Assembly (NCBI GenBank): GCA_030141605.1
Contig: JAQGDQ010000078.1
Coordinates: forward strand, 496,001-560,000
DNA: 64,000 bases
Direction of reading: 5' to 3'
DNA from: Tubiluchus corallicola
Lineage: Eukaryota; Animalia; Priapulida
Of this stretch, positions 25,453 through 40,400 are shown one piece after another. Position numbers and translations under genes: made by a program. The first letter of the stretch is position 1. Each line of letters starts with the position of its first letter. Below the pieces are notes generated by a model. That model did not search any database. It was not told where the DNA came from and worked only from the letters and a program-made list of their open reading frames with translations.

Positions 25453-28400
25453 ACTCACTCAATCGCTCACTCACTCACTCACTCACTCACTCACTCACTC
25501 ACTCACTCATTCATTCACACGCATTTCTTTCTAAAATAAGGACAAAGTGCAAAAAGGTAGAAATTCAACATGTTGATGAAGATGATTAAGTAATGATAAT
25601 ATTTCCAAGACACAAATATACCCAAAATAAGAATAAAATCAAAAATAAAGAGAGGCACAATTGATTGCTAATTATATTATGTAGTTTTAGAGTGATGAAT
25701 TGACAGTTGTGAATATTTGCAAGTACATGCTGTGAAGTAATACATTACACATCCACACATTCAAACAGATCATTCAGAATATATGGCAAATACGTATGAT
25801 TTAATGTTTTTCTTTAGCTTATGAATTGACACCGAGGTTTTAATGCATTCAGGTAATTTATTCAAAGTTGTAGGCCCAAAGTGTTTACCAACAATAGTTC
25901 TTGAAAAATTAATAGTGTATTCGTTATTCCTAGTGTTATACGGTTTTATATTAAGTTTAGCTGGATTATTGAAAAAGTTTGGAAATAACTTGAAATGAGT
26001 CTTATACATATGTATAGAGGTACATATAGTGTATGAAGTAAATATAGTTGTCACACTTCTTGAAAGAAACACAAAAGCTGTGAGTGAAAAAATAAAAACA
26101 AAAACCAAGCAAAACAACTACAACTACATCCCAAAACAATTAACCAAATAATGCAGCAAGTACAATTAAAAACAACAAAAGGATAATTTATTGTGAAACT
26201 ATTGTGATGAACACAACCAATAGTTTATGCATCAAAACAAACATAACACTTGTTTATACAATGTCAAAGACTCACCTCATGAGTTATAGAGCTGATTTTA
26301 TAACTGTCAAACTCCGGCAATGGATCTGGCCTAAAATACTTAAAGAGTGGAAACGTTCTCTCCCATGTTAACTCAATCTGAATAAAAAATAAAAGTGATC
26401 AGTATAAAGTACAAAAAACGTATAAGCCATTCTGATCGAACACCTTGTAGAAAAAACATTCTTTTGACAGCTGATGGGGATCTCAAAAGCGAATTGGAAG
26501 CTCTTTTTAAAGAGGATGAAAAGTACTAAATGACATCTGGAGAAGCTTCCACCTAGAAGAGTGACTATGGATTGATGGGCGGTTCTATTTTTGAAGATTC
26601 CCGCTTGAAAAACTGCTGATAACCAATCTATCTACTATCATACATCATCTATCTATGGTATTCTGCCTACAAATTTACTTATTTTATTAAGCTGTTATAA
26701 TGTTAAGTGCTATCAAATTAGCTTATCGCAATCAAAAAGAACAGTTTGCAAACACTATGTAGAATGCTTGCGCGTTAATGATCGATATTAATAGTGTATT
26801 CGTTGTACCTACTATTATCTAGTTTTTAGATCATCAGCAGATCTAGAAATTCAAATCTATAATCTAAAATTTTAAAAATCTTAATCTAAACCTGTTTACC
26901 TGTTTTGCGCCATGATCGTCCAGATGCTTTGACTTGGATTTTTTACTTGGATGACCATAGAGACAAAAGAAACATTGTTCCATTGCTATGGCCAGCTCTT
27001 CTTTACATGGATGATCATCTGGATAAAACTTGGTCAGCTCTTCTTCGAGAATGATCACTGAACAGAGGAGGAGTGCAGAGTCTGAATGAGAACACCATTC
27101 CTTCCTGTATAACAGATGATAAACATGTTAAAAGAAAAACTGGGCATAATCTTAAACCATAGCTCAAAACAGTCTACACTATAAAATATTGAAAGGGAAC
27201 ACACTATTTTTTCAGGAAAAACTTGTGTGAAAGAATTATTACCACAGAATGACAATTTCGCCTTCGCACTGCTGATTCTTTGCTGTTACATGCATTTTGC
27301 CATTCGCTAGTTAGACGGGCACTAGCGCCTACATTTCGGAAACAGGCACTGGAAGTTGTACAGTAGCACTGCATTTAAGTTTTTGCTTTCATGAACATGT
27401 GCAACACGCTCATGGAATGTTTCTGCGATTGAAAATTATATTTATTTGTGACATCATCACTCATTGGGCTCACCTACCATTAATTATGTTTCTAACCTAT
27501 TATTTAATTACCATAAAAAGCTTTGGCATTATTATAGGTGTAAAAATGGGGTGAAACGTGAAAAATTGTCCTGTTTTTCTTTGATTGAAAATTTATTCAC
27601 CTCTACATTGATAAAATACTTCAGCATTTAAACCATATTCAAGTTTATAATAAAGAACCATCCCATCAAATAAGATACCTGTAAAACACAGCAAGGATAG
27701 AAATAAGGGCAGAAACTAGTACCTGCATGGTGTCCACGTGTAGAATTTACATAATTGAAAAGTTTGTTTAGCATTATACAATTCAAGCAAAAGCAGCATA
27801 AAATAATTTGAGAAAAACAGACAAAAGATCATCATTACTCATGTAGCCATTACAAGTATTCATCGACTTACAACCTATGCAAGTTACAACTGTTTGACTT
27901 GGCCCGACCATGACTTAATTCATTACTTACACAAAACTAATAATAATAATTCATATTTTCTTCTTTTTTAAACAAATTAGTTTTCAATCGCTATCTGTTT
28001 CAATAAATTAGGCATCGTAGGCACTGCCATACTTAACACACATACAAATACAACATGTTACGAGTGGTGACACACCACTTGAACATAGGGTCCGTCTTGG
28101 GTCCAAAACATCATGCAGCCAAACAGCCGGAATTGTTTGTGCCATAACACGATTGATTGTCTTATTGTCAGCAGATTTGACTTAATGAAACATTTTGGTT
28201 TATCTAATTTCTTAAATTTTCAAACCATGCGCTAGTCATATTTTTAACATTTAATCATTATGTCTTCTAATGACATAATGACATTATCATTTTTTTACAA
28301 TTTAGATTAACCTGAGAAGGGTAGCTGAGTTGATGACCAAATGGTCTTTCGCTACCCTTTCTCCTGCAGCCCTTAACACTTTTGTTTATGCATAATTTAT

Positions 28401-31400
28401 CCTGATTATTAATTAATTATAGCAATTATAGTCTATTTGCACTCTGGTATAAATGACAGAATTAAATAAAAATGTCTATGTCTATGTCTTCTAGACAATT
28501 GATGACAAATGGTCAGCTGGTTCTATTCTCTGTCATGCACCTGAGACATTCTTGCACATACGGCCTCGTAAATTCATGTAATAAACAAATAAATTTAAAT
28601 AAATTTACTGACTATTCAGAACACTACAGTTTTACAATTTATAACAATACATTACAAAGACAATGCAATACATTACAAGTGGAGTAAAGAAAAAACTACA
28701 CAGACAGAATGCTGCATACAGATAATTGTCACACTATGCAATAATAATATTATTATTAATAAACTGTAATAACAATAACTAAATATTACAATTATATTAT
28801 ATTGTGTTATATTACAAAAATTATTCCATTTTCAAAGTTCCAGTATACAACGAAAGTGACAAATACTAGCCAGTACTAGAGGCAAATGATAAGCTATCAA
28901 AACAGTTTTCTCCTTTCCCAGTAGAAAGCTTGCATAAATGTTGTTAGTAATGAAATGTTCATAGAGAATATAGGAGAAACATAAGTCACATTCTACGAGT
29001 CATTGAAAAATGTGGTGGGAAAGGTTTCCATTTGAAAAATAACCAGAAATGAAAAATGTAGTGCGACTCCATTCATTTCTAAAACCCTGCACAAAAAATG
29101 CAAACAAAAAATTTGCTGCACTTTCAAGAATTAACATGAAACTCTGACTATAGTCCAGGCTTGGCCGTTTTGCAGGTATTTTGTGGTATTTAGTTTCCTC
29201 ACCAAGTAAGCCGACTTTTGCAAACAACGAACATAACACATGGTATGGAGACTACATTCCTTAAACCCACCAATAAAACAGTCGATTGAAAACCAATATT
29301 TTTAACTTGTGATTCTGTGTTGGCTTATTGTTACCTAGATAACTGGTCAAGTGAATGTAATATTCATAGCCACAATGTATTACAGTGAGCATTTGCATAA
29401 AACTCCATACATCAGTTCCTATAATTGTAATAATGATAAATTGTAAAGAAAAAATACTAGCTCTATGGTGATCACTGAGCTTTTCAAGAGCAGTGATTAT
29501 GCTACATTTTATTAAATTACCAACATAAAACAGTTTCTTTACCTGCCAAGATGTTCATGTGCTACTAACAGAAGCCGAACGGATGGCCGCATCTCTTTAC
29601 TCACAATTAAAGAAGCTTTGTTTGATTTTTCTTCGCTAAAAATTAAAAAAAAATAAGGAGTGAAAATTCTTGAAAATAAAACAATCAAATCTGGCATACT
29701 GGAAAGCGTTTACAATTCCCCATACAGTTTAAATACCCTAACCTTAATCCTAGTCCAATCCTAACCCTAACCCTAGGTCAACCTAACCCTAATCCCAATC
29801 CTAATCCTAATCCTAATCTGCTTCATGAACTAATTTCTTGAGTGTGGAGAATTGTAACTTTAGCTAAAATTAATCAGTTTTCTCCACTGGTGAAATTCTG
29901 TGGAAATAACTTTGGAAATTCTTCGAACTCTAATCAATGCCTTGAATGCACTTCAGATGGCTTATGTATCACGCTCTACAGGTATTGATAACCTAATAAA
30001 TGCCATACAGCTTATATATACCTAGTTCATTCAGTTCATTTTAACTGAACGGTGAATACTGTAACAAAGAAAACAATCAACGGCGGACAGAGAACAAATT
30101 ACACAACCGAGTCTGAATTTGATAACAAAGTTAGATTTGAAAATCCTGTTCACACACAGCAGAAAATGCCATATGCAAATATCAAGTGCAAATTGTATTA
30201 GAAAACTGTTTAAGTTACTGCTTGATTGTAGTGCTCGGCAAATGTGTATAGATCGAAATATTCTTTATTTTGATATTATATTACGAAAATGTTGTTATTC
30301 GCTTATGACACGATTGATTAATTCTGATAATAATAAAATTAAGAAATTCAAATATTCAGGTTATATCAAAATTGCATAACTTTTGGAGAGTAACATTGTT
30401 TATCAGTACAGGAAATTTGCTACATTTTAACAAAAATTCTAACTGTAAACATTTATTTTATTAATTTTATCTTGTAAAGTTTTGTAAATTTTATAATTCT
30501 TTTATTGTAATAAATATGTTTTATGAACCTCGTGAATGAAGTAAAATAACTTACTTACTACGTGCACAAACAACCTAGCATCTGCACCTATGCACAAAAT
30601 CTCTCAAAAATTTTTAGCCAAAATCCACCATAAATAGCAAATAGTAAAACATATGAAAATAAACTACTAAAATACTTCATCATGTTGGCAAATAAACTTA
30701 CTACACAAGGATTTTGAATAGCAGTAACCATGGCAACACTGTACTGATGGGTTCAGTGTTATCTTCTGGTAAATTCATGTTCAAAGAAATCACATTCACC
30801 AAATCTTTTGCAAGACGGCACCTAACATCTTGGTCTAATGTATCAAGCAACAATGCATTACCACTTTTCTCTATAGCTCTGAAAATAGCACAACATAATT
30901 ACTAGAAAAATGTTAGTAACCAAGTGACATTAATTACTAATTCAACAATAAAATAACTTTTTGTAGCTACTATAATAAATGAATAACAATAGATTAGTTT
31001 TTCTTTCAGTGATAATGAGTTCGCAGACTGAACAACTGAGCTACTTACTTGTAAAAAAATAGATTTGCACATTAAAATCTATTACCAAGCAAGATTATCT
31101 TAAGTGTAGAATGAACATTGCTCGAGTAATTTCGTCCCTGGTTGTTCTACAATAAGCCTGAATACACTTAAACAATTGTTGCCCAGATGAAACATTAACA
31201 GTATTTAAAAGACCCTTTATTATGACGTCTATAACACCCTATTACTACAAGCAGTTAATGTAGGACTGATGATGATGATGATGATGAAGATGATGATAAC
31301 CTTTATTTAAAGTCGGCTTTAAATTCAACAGACAAACACAAACCTGCCATGAGGCTTTTATCGCCGATTGTAAATAACAAACTAAACAGAGATTGTTATT

Positions 31401-34400
31401 ACCTCACGTTAACCTAAATACCATACGCCAGGCAGGGCAAGAACAGGTACCAGTCTTTGGTATTACCTAGCCGCAGCATCAAACTCACGACTTCCCAGAA
31501 GGAAAGCGAATGCGTAACCACTAGATTCATTTAATCAGTCATGTTTTACCAAAGAACATCTATGAGCACTACATAACTGTCTCAGTTTGTTGCATTTAAC
31601 CTATTGTAATAAGATTTACAAATGCATTTATCCTACATCTTTACACAAACTGAGCATAATGTAATGTATGTACATAAGGTAATTTAGTTAAAAGAGAACG
31701 TGTGGCAACGTTTACTGGAATAACATTAAAAGAACGCACAAATTCTATTGCAATAAACTCAATAAATAAACTGTAGGAAACTTGAACTAAATATGAAATT
31801 TGTTCTAATCATTCAGATTAAATCGATTTGAGTAATTCTGCCCCTCATGAAGAATCCATCATATTGCTGGTTAGCTCAATCTGAATATACTGTACTGTAC
31901 CACTTCAAGCAGTTACCATCACATATTTCTCACCATTATTCACTCTATGTTTTTGTCGTTCCTTTCTTCATCTTTCACAACTTATTTCACTTCACAATGT
32001 ATGGAGTATGCTTAGCATTTACCTCTTAAATGCTTTACATGGTTCTACAAACAACTGCGACTTAACAATATCATGTTTGCACTAACTTATCAATAACACT
32101 CAAATACATAATTTATACTCGATAACTGATGTTGCGACTATTTATGTAACAAACAAAATTAAAAATAAATAAAAATATCATTTCTCCTGCTTGAGATACA
32201 AAAACAAAAATGGAGTCTACATACTCTTCAATGGCAGTCAGCAGTTCTACTATGGTAGATGCCCAAGCAGTACGTAATTCACCCTCCTCTGCTTGCTCAT
32301 ATGATTCTAATGATTCGTGCAAAGACTTCTGCCCATATGTAACACATTGCTGGAACAATTCAACACAAACTTTGTGAAATGCTGCAAACACTACATAATG
32401 ATTTAATAAATACAAGCAATCATGACTAATTAGTGTCAATAATCACAGCTAGCTTTAGATTGTTTACATGTAGGTACTTAATTTTAAGCTAGCAGTCTAG
32501 CGCTCAGTTGGTATCTACCACAAAATAACTCAAGGCTACTAACTTGAAACTTCTTTAGTTTAACAAGAGATTCTTGCAACATCAAAAGGTGTCTTTTTCG
32601 GTCAGCTTCGTCTTTCGCATTCAGCTGTAACAAATTAAGACAAAAGTGTTAATTACTAATGAGAATCAGTTGCTTAGTTTGTTTTACACAAAATAATATT
32701 CGTACAATGAAATTATTCGGTGTAGTATGTAAATGCACAGGCTTCAGTTACACGTAACTAAATTTTGACAGCCAGGAGCATGGACAGAGAGGGGGAGGGG
32801 GAGGGAGGGAGAGAGAGAGAGAGAGACAGAGAGAGAGAGAGGGAGAGAAAGAGAGAGAGAGGGAGAGAGAGAGAGAAGTAAGGTATCGTTAAAAAACAAA
32901 TCCATACTAAAAAGGAAGAAAGGAAGTCATTAAGCACAGATCTGTAGTATTTGGAAAAATTACCGTTCGTTTGTATTTTCCTTCTTGGAAAGTCCTGCTT
33001 AGTAGATCAACTACTTCTTGGTACTTCTCAGCTTCCCAATATTCTTGCAAGTGCTCTAATGAGTGTGATACTTCCAGCTCTAATAACTGCCTCTGTACCT
33101 CACCTATAAGTTCATGGACACAGCTTGATAAAGTATCCACACACAAACAGCGGTGGCGAAAACTAAGGGGATTAGGAAGAACTACAAACATTAAAATGAA
33201 CAATTACAATTAAAAATACACCATCATTATGCTGACACATTAATAACTGTATCCTAAAGTAGTTTTTAAAAAATATGTTTAAAATGTGAGATCAAAAGAT
33301 GAGACTGATTAGGTTGTAGTCGGGTACATTAGGCTGACAATAAAAATACTTCTGTTCCCATGTAATCGCCCGAGTAACATTCTTTTTATTGCACAGCCAG
33401 CTGGGAATTTTATAATGTTTTTGTATGTTCATTTACCTGACACAGTCATAAACAAGCGTATTTTTTAATTTAACACGTAAAATACAATAATTGTTATAAC
33501 ATCCTTGTTTCGGCAAAGACGCAGCCATGTATTTCTATGGTTAACTCTCTGCAAGTAATGCAGTTTAGTATGACATTGATTATTGTATTGGAGGCTAAAA
33601 AGTATCATGTTTTCTGCCAAAACAGTGCATTAACAGCTGAGTGGTATTGCCGCTTATTCCAAATTTATCAGCACATGTGTGCATTTAATACAAAAAAGAA
33701 ACTATACGATGATCAATAATTATGCAGTAATTTAGTAATGCTGAAATAAAAACCGAAAAACAAAGGGTGAAAAAATGTGCATTGACAAAATTTAAAACAT
33801 TATTGCTAACAAGTGGGAAACAAAGAAGCTTTCATTTCAACTGATTTTAAATATTCAGCTTTGAACATTTACAAAGTTTAAAAAAAAAGTTTAAAAAAAA
33901 TTAAAAAAATTTATTCCCTCCCAAAAGCCAAAGAAGTAGTAATTCACATAGATCACAATTGTAGGAAATGATTCAAATTCAATCATAGTTTTTTTTTATA
34001 ATGCGAATTACACTATAAGAATCACCAATTACAGCAGCATTAATTTGTTAAGCAGATGTGGAAAAGGCATGGCGAAAGACTAAATGGCATCTAATCAAAC
34101 TATCCTTATTCGCTGGAAGCGGTAAAAGTATTTTATTGTGAATTCTGAAAATTGTTGTAAAAACGATCGCTTGCGCTATATAAACACCCATGATGATTCC
34201 TAGAGGCTGGTTCTTTCATGTATCCAAAAAATGTATTTTGAGTTATTGCGGCACCCTTATTATATCTTATAAAGTTCAAAATGTTCAAACTTAGTTTTCA
34301 AACCTTCATGTATACAAGAACAATTCCTGCAGTTTGGTACTTGAACCATTACAGCTGAATTATTATTCTTCAGTTTCATTTCTTTTAATGTGTCCGCTGT

Positions 34401-37400
34401 CTGTAATAAAAGAAATTAAATTATAAAAATAAGATATTGCTACATGTTAGACTCAGTTACAGGCTGGCAATACTCTGTGTGCCAATTACTTTAACTCCTT
34501 CCTGAGTGCAATTCCATTACAAACTTCACAAAGTCTTAGTGCATTTGAAAAGCTGTCAAATTCACAAAGTTAGAGCGATGTGTATACATTTTGCAAAATT
34601 TTACACAGAAATGAATGCTTTACAGTTTTCTTGTTGAACAGTTTTACATATCACTTACATATCAAGCTATCACTAAGAACACTTTAAAATAAAAACTCTG
34701 CGAAAATTTTGCAGTTTTTTTTTAATCACTCTGTTAATTACTCAATTGAGTAAAAAATTTAAACATTAAATTTAGAGGGACAGAAAGAAAATTTATTCTG
34801 TTTCAGGAAGTATATAGGTTTGCAGTAGGATCTCATGCAGTTAGGCAGCAGTAAAGAGTTTTACATGGTGATTGCAAAACTACCCAAATATTCATAGTCG
34901 CGAAGGAGTTAAGCAATTTAGCATCTTAAGGTAATTAATTTGGTACAAGGCTGACTACAAAAAACATCACATGTGTAACCTGGGTATAAATTTTAGCATC
35001 ACTTGTTTCACCTAAAAACCCTACTTAAATGTACAAGAAAACATGCGCACCCAATCTAAATAATCCAATGCTTCTTTAGTACGTCCCTCGGTAATATGAA
35101 ACCAGGCTGCGCTCCAACAGAATCTCGTGAGAAATTCGCTGCTTTTATCATACAGTAAATGGTCAAAGCCTGAAGCACACTGTAAAAACAGCAAGTCTGA
35201 GCGGAAAAATTCTCCCAACTCTGGTTTTTCAATTGCAGGCACTGGTTCAGCAGAAGAACTAAAGTATAACAGAAAATGAGTTTTTAAAAAAACAGAATAT
35301 CGCAGGAAATTCATTTCTTTTATCATACGGTAAATGGTCAAAACCTGAAGTACATTGTAAAAAGAGAAGTACGAACGGAAAAATTCGCCAATTCACTAAT
35401 ATTAAGAATGTTTAATTTTAGTATTTTGACATCCTTATCATGAAACCTAACAGGTAAACAGTAGCATATCTTCAAAAAGTGAAGTCGTGAAACCCAATTC
35501 ACTTCAGTGAAAGACTAAATTACTAATTTAAAATCTTTAAAGAAGCTCTTTAATAAATAGAAAAAATGCTGATAAGAACAATGTATTGAGAAATTCAAAC
35601 TGAACATCGTTAATATACAGAGATCTTTTAAAAACTTCTTTAATAAGTGGGAAAAGACATTAGAATAAATGGATAACAAAAGATTGCAAAAGCTATTCGA
35701 TTAATCAAAACTGTATAAAACAAAAGTGCATTCCCTTTAATTTAGAAGCACAGCACAAAAGCAGAACATGTATTAATTTATAAAAGAATTTTATCAATCA
35801 AACAAGTAGCTTTGTGTTAACAGGTTTTGTAAACAAAAATGCTCTACAAATACACAATGATAGTAAAAATTTCTCTAAACAAACTTTTCAGAAGACGTCG
35901 TAGACGGTACTGTTTTCCAGTATGTAATCATCTGGTCAGTTTTTAGTTCCTGAGCTAATAGACTTATCCATGCAGTCTCTCTAGGTGCCTCCTCTGCATC
36001 TGATTCATCAAATGGCAGTGAAGGAAATGATACATGCTGATGAAAACAGTCGTAAATTTCCACATAGACATCACTTAAACCTTCCGGCCTAGAGAATAAA
36101 GAAAAAAAAGCAAATATTTTAGATTCTAAAACCAGAGTTAAACAACTAACAATGCAACATAAAATTGACAAGAGTGTATGAGTTGTCAAGCATAAGGCTT
36201 CGAGCAGCTCCCATGTCAGAATGGCAGTGAATTCAAATAGTTTCTGTATAAGTGATGTACATAGTAGTTGCCGTAGAGAAAATGCAGCATTCAATAAAAT
36301 GAGAATACAAAATAAGTTGGTATTAGTTAAGTTCAAAATACAGACTGCATAGTTCTTTTTGTCCGCCTGCGCCTTTACCCGTGACCTAGACTTAGTCTGC
36401 CTTCGTTCAGGTGCTGCTACAAAGTTTTATACACAGAATATTCCATATTAAAAATTTAAGCAGCAACGAGTATAACTGTCGGATGTTTCTTATTTCAAAA
36501 CCTCTTTGGTACATATAGGACTCAAAATCACTTTCACAATACTTATATGTTTTATAGCACAGTGGTAGTTTTGTTTGTTAAAGCCGCTTAACAAGGGAAG
36601 ACATTGGAGGCAATTCTTCAGGTCACTTCTTTAGTGGCGGGTGATTATAAAATCTACAGAAACATGCGATACCTGAAAGCACACAAAAATAAATAGTAAT
36701 TAAGACAAAACTTTATTAAGTAGCAAAATAAAATAGCACTATAGTAAACTTGTACGCTTTCTGAACATAGACGGATTGGTATAAGTAAACTTACCAATGA
36801 AACTGCCATTTCGCAGACAGAGCAGTAAGATAATCTTTCATGATTCCAACAATTGAATAATTCTCTAAATGTTCGTTTAGAAAAGCTTCAACTTCCTCTA
36901 ACTCATTAGCCAAATTTTCACATGATTTGCCACCAAACTCTGAAGAAAATATTAAGGCAAATGACAAACCATTGCCAACAAAAGCATCATTTTCAAAGAA
37001 TCTTGATTTTAAACATATTGCAAAGCAAATGGTAAGAAAAGAAAAAAGGCATTCAGTGATTTTTCAATAAATACAGATGACACATTAATTTCAAAACCAC
37101 ACAAAAAAGTGACATACCATTAAATTTAGCGGGTAAATACGATCCACTGCCAGAGAGTGCCGACTGATCTTCAGTTAATGTTTTCGGTAAAAGTGACGTC
37201 AGCAGTTTTTGATAATTTATGCCTTCTTCTTGAGATTTCTTAACTACGTTTTTAACCTGTTGACAATTAAAAATCTATTTTAATGGAACAATCGCAATTA
37301 TGCAAACTAGCAAAATTCTACCAATACTGCATGCATAAATGGGATTAAACTGCAATTACTATTATAAATAAAATTTTTATTCAGTAATATGTGAACATTC

Positions 37401-40400
37401 CATGTACTGGCTACCTGCTGTTATTACCAATTAATAATGATAAAAATAATAATATTTATTTTGTAAAGCGTCTAAATCTAAAAACAATATGACTATATTA
37501 TAATACGATTGACAATATTCCAAGGCACTTCACAAGATTAAACAGTAAGCCTACTAAATTTCATAAAATTAAGTAAATACTTAAAACACACAGATTCACA
37601 AAATACAAGCATATAACAAGAAATCGTTTGATCACTTCAAAGAATGTATACTATTTTAAATAAATATGTTTTAATATGTATTTTAAAAGCATTCATGCTG
37701 GAAAGTGTCCTGATGTTGATAGATAGGCTGCTCAAATGATGAGTTAGATGCAGAAACTTGCAAGTAATAAACCGAGACCACGTCGTAAATAGTAACGGAT
37801 GGCGTAATAACAGTGAATTTGCATGCAATATTTCTCTCTGTGTAAGGTAACCAAAATGGCACTACATGAATGTAATATCTGGCCTTTATTTATACAACAG
37901 CAATTTTAAAAGCAACTTGCGGTGCTTTGTAGCTAGGTTATTCATGTTTAAAAGTAAAAAAACCAGCAGAAAATCACATGAATTTTCGTATACAACACTA
38001 GTGCAAAAACTTGAAGAAAGAAACAGGTTCATCAAAAATGTTGATAAACATTTCACAAATTATACAGAAATTATTGGCCCGATAATAATAGTCCATAATA
38101 TTCTAGGTGTCAGGGCCCTACAGATTACAAAATTTCAGCACTAAACTTTACTGTTCCTATTCGGGCAAACAAAATGAAAATAAAAAACGCTCACTTTAAG
38201 AAAGCAAAATGTTATTGCCTAAAAAGTATAAGCAGTCGAATATAATAAGAGTTATTATGGTTAAAGAAATTTATGCACGATAATGCAGCTGTACTAATTA
38301 GGATTTTTCACTAATATTAAAACAGTAAGATCACGAACCAATTGCTGGAAAATGAAACTTCAGAGAACCCATTACACCAACTGATGAAAATAACAAAAAC
38401 ACAAAATCACGAAATCTAATAAAAATGAAAAAGAAGACTTACACGAGCCGACCTTCGTTTCCCAAAATCATCGCCAAAATCAAAAATTGGAAATTTTTCA
38501 ACTCTACGTTTTTTTGGTCCCTTCTTTTTCTGGTCATTTGCCATGGTTTGGGGAAAAGGACTACCTTTATTAAAACAACATAATCTATTAATGTAACGAT
38601 AAGTGTGACACACAACACTTAGTACTTGGTATATATTAAAGAACGTAGTACCTGTTTCTTCATATTCGGATATGTCTTGAGTACTATACCCATCTCCATG
38701 CTCTAACTCGGACAAATCTTCAAAATCGGTTTTCTTTCCTGCCTCGTTTGCTGATTTGTCTACTAATTGATCAGTTAGTTTTTCATTATTGGCTGTAGCT
38801 GAAACTGGCTGATTACTCAATGATTCGTCGCAATGTGGCTTCGAATTCTTCAAACTGATTTCACAGGCAAAACTCTGTAAATATGGTATTTGTACTTGTA
38901 AGATTTAACATTAGTCTCAGCTATCATGGAGTTAATTCAAAGAAGTTAAATAACTTGGGTTATCGATACAAATACATGCAAAGGAGTTAAATTACTTTGA
39001 ATTAAGGAGTTACATCAGTCATCACAGTCACGTAGAACAGATAGAGATTCAGAGCATAATGTGGAGTGTTTCACTAATTCCCTTCGCTTATTTGATGTTC
39101 AATTGTGTTTAGAGATGGTTGGAAAATGACACTCATCTCTTGATAAACTCTTATTCAGCATAAGAACTTTTTTGAGTCGACATTTGAAGTTCGTGACACT
39201 TCTTTGTTACTATGCTGATTCTAAAGCAGTGTTAAGTCACTGCATAGTAGTGATGGGGGCAATTTTGAAATTTTGTTATTTAATTATAATTTTGTTCTTG
39301 TAATTTGATATCACAATCTTTGCAACGATTTTCGGTGTTTCAGCCATATTTTTCAATGACCTGTGAAATAGAGCCTGTAACTTCTTCACAGCTGCATTGA
39401 TGTCTGCCATTTTCGTACTTGGAAACTACTTTTATAGACATATGCTCTGAAATTTAATGTCACTACAAGTATCACATGCCATCGAATTTGAAGCCCACAG
39501 TTTGCAATACTGTGGTTCACAATGGTGCACATGTTGTGTAAGAGAAAACGAAGAAAAACTGCAAAGATTTAGTTTATTTATGCTAAAATATTGCCTATTA
39601 GTTTTTGTGTAACAGGTATATTTTGCTCTCGATTAATTGAATTGCTGTTTGATTATCAAATAAATCGATATATACATGGTTGTAATTGCAATTAATTCGA
39701 TTGACCTATTAATCTCCCATCACTACTGCATGGCTATACAGAAAAGAGTGTGATACAGAGGTGCGCCAGACGTACGAAACCAAATCTGATGCTACGAAAA
39801 TTCTCATAGATGCAAGCATCAATTTGTCATTTGATACCTGCAGTAATGGCTATTAACTTTTAAAAAAATTTTAAATGCCCAACATTAACCTATTATTCAC
39901 AAAAAACCGTGTTAACTGTAAAATGTAGTTCAAGTTCATAACAACCACTTCCAATAATTTTAAAAGAACAAAACTAACAGCATTTGGCAAAGTTTTAGTA
40001 GAAAGGTCAGAATGAAGGTCAATTAAGCCCTGGCCAAGGCATTTCCAAGAAAGAGATTCCATCGGCTTGCGAAGATGAAGAACAGGCAAAACTTGCTCCT
40101 CGCGAAGTTTCTTACGTTGAATGTCTCGTTTGGTTTTTAAGTCTTCAGCATCCTTCAAAATCTAAACAAATTAACAATGAAAACCAGGATTTCACCCCTC
40201 ACTAGTAAATTTAAGACTCACTGAAAAGCAAAAAACACTACACTGATTATTTCTCTGTTTTATTTGTGGAAGAAAAACTTACAGAACTTTCTTTATTATG
40301 AAAATTTACTGCACCCGATATAGTAATTTAAAACACACATGTCAAAAAACTGCAACAGTAAGTCTAAAATAGTGTAACAAGTATGTATACATTAAAACAG

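Noticed and set aside
25222-25539. SL-repeat and ER-repeat ORFs; likewise poly-Asn ORF 13582-13818 and HSFI ORFs 15897-16200
   Set aside because: Translations of microsatellites.
36540-36672. Strong acceptor-like site in CABIN1 intron 10 leading to a stop after 6 codons
   Set aside because: No convincing donor found; exons 10 and 11 already join in frame.
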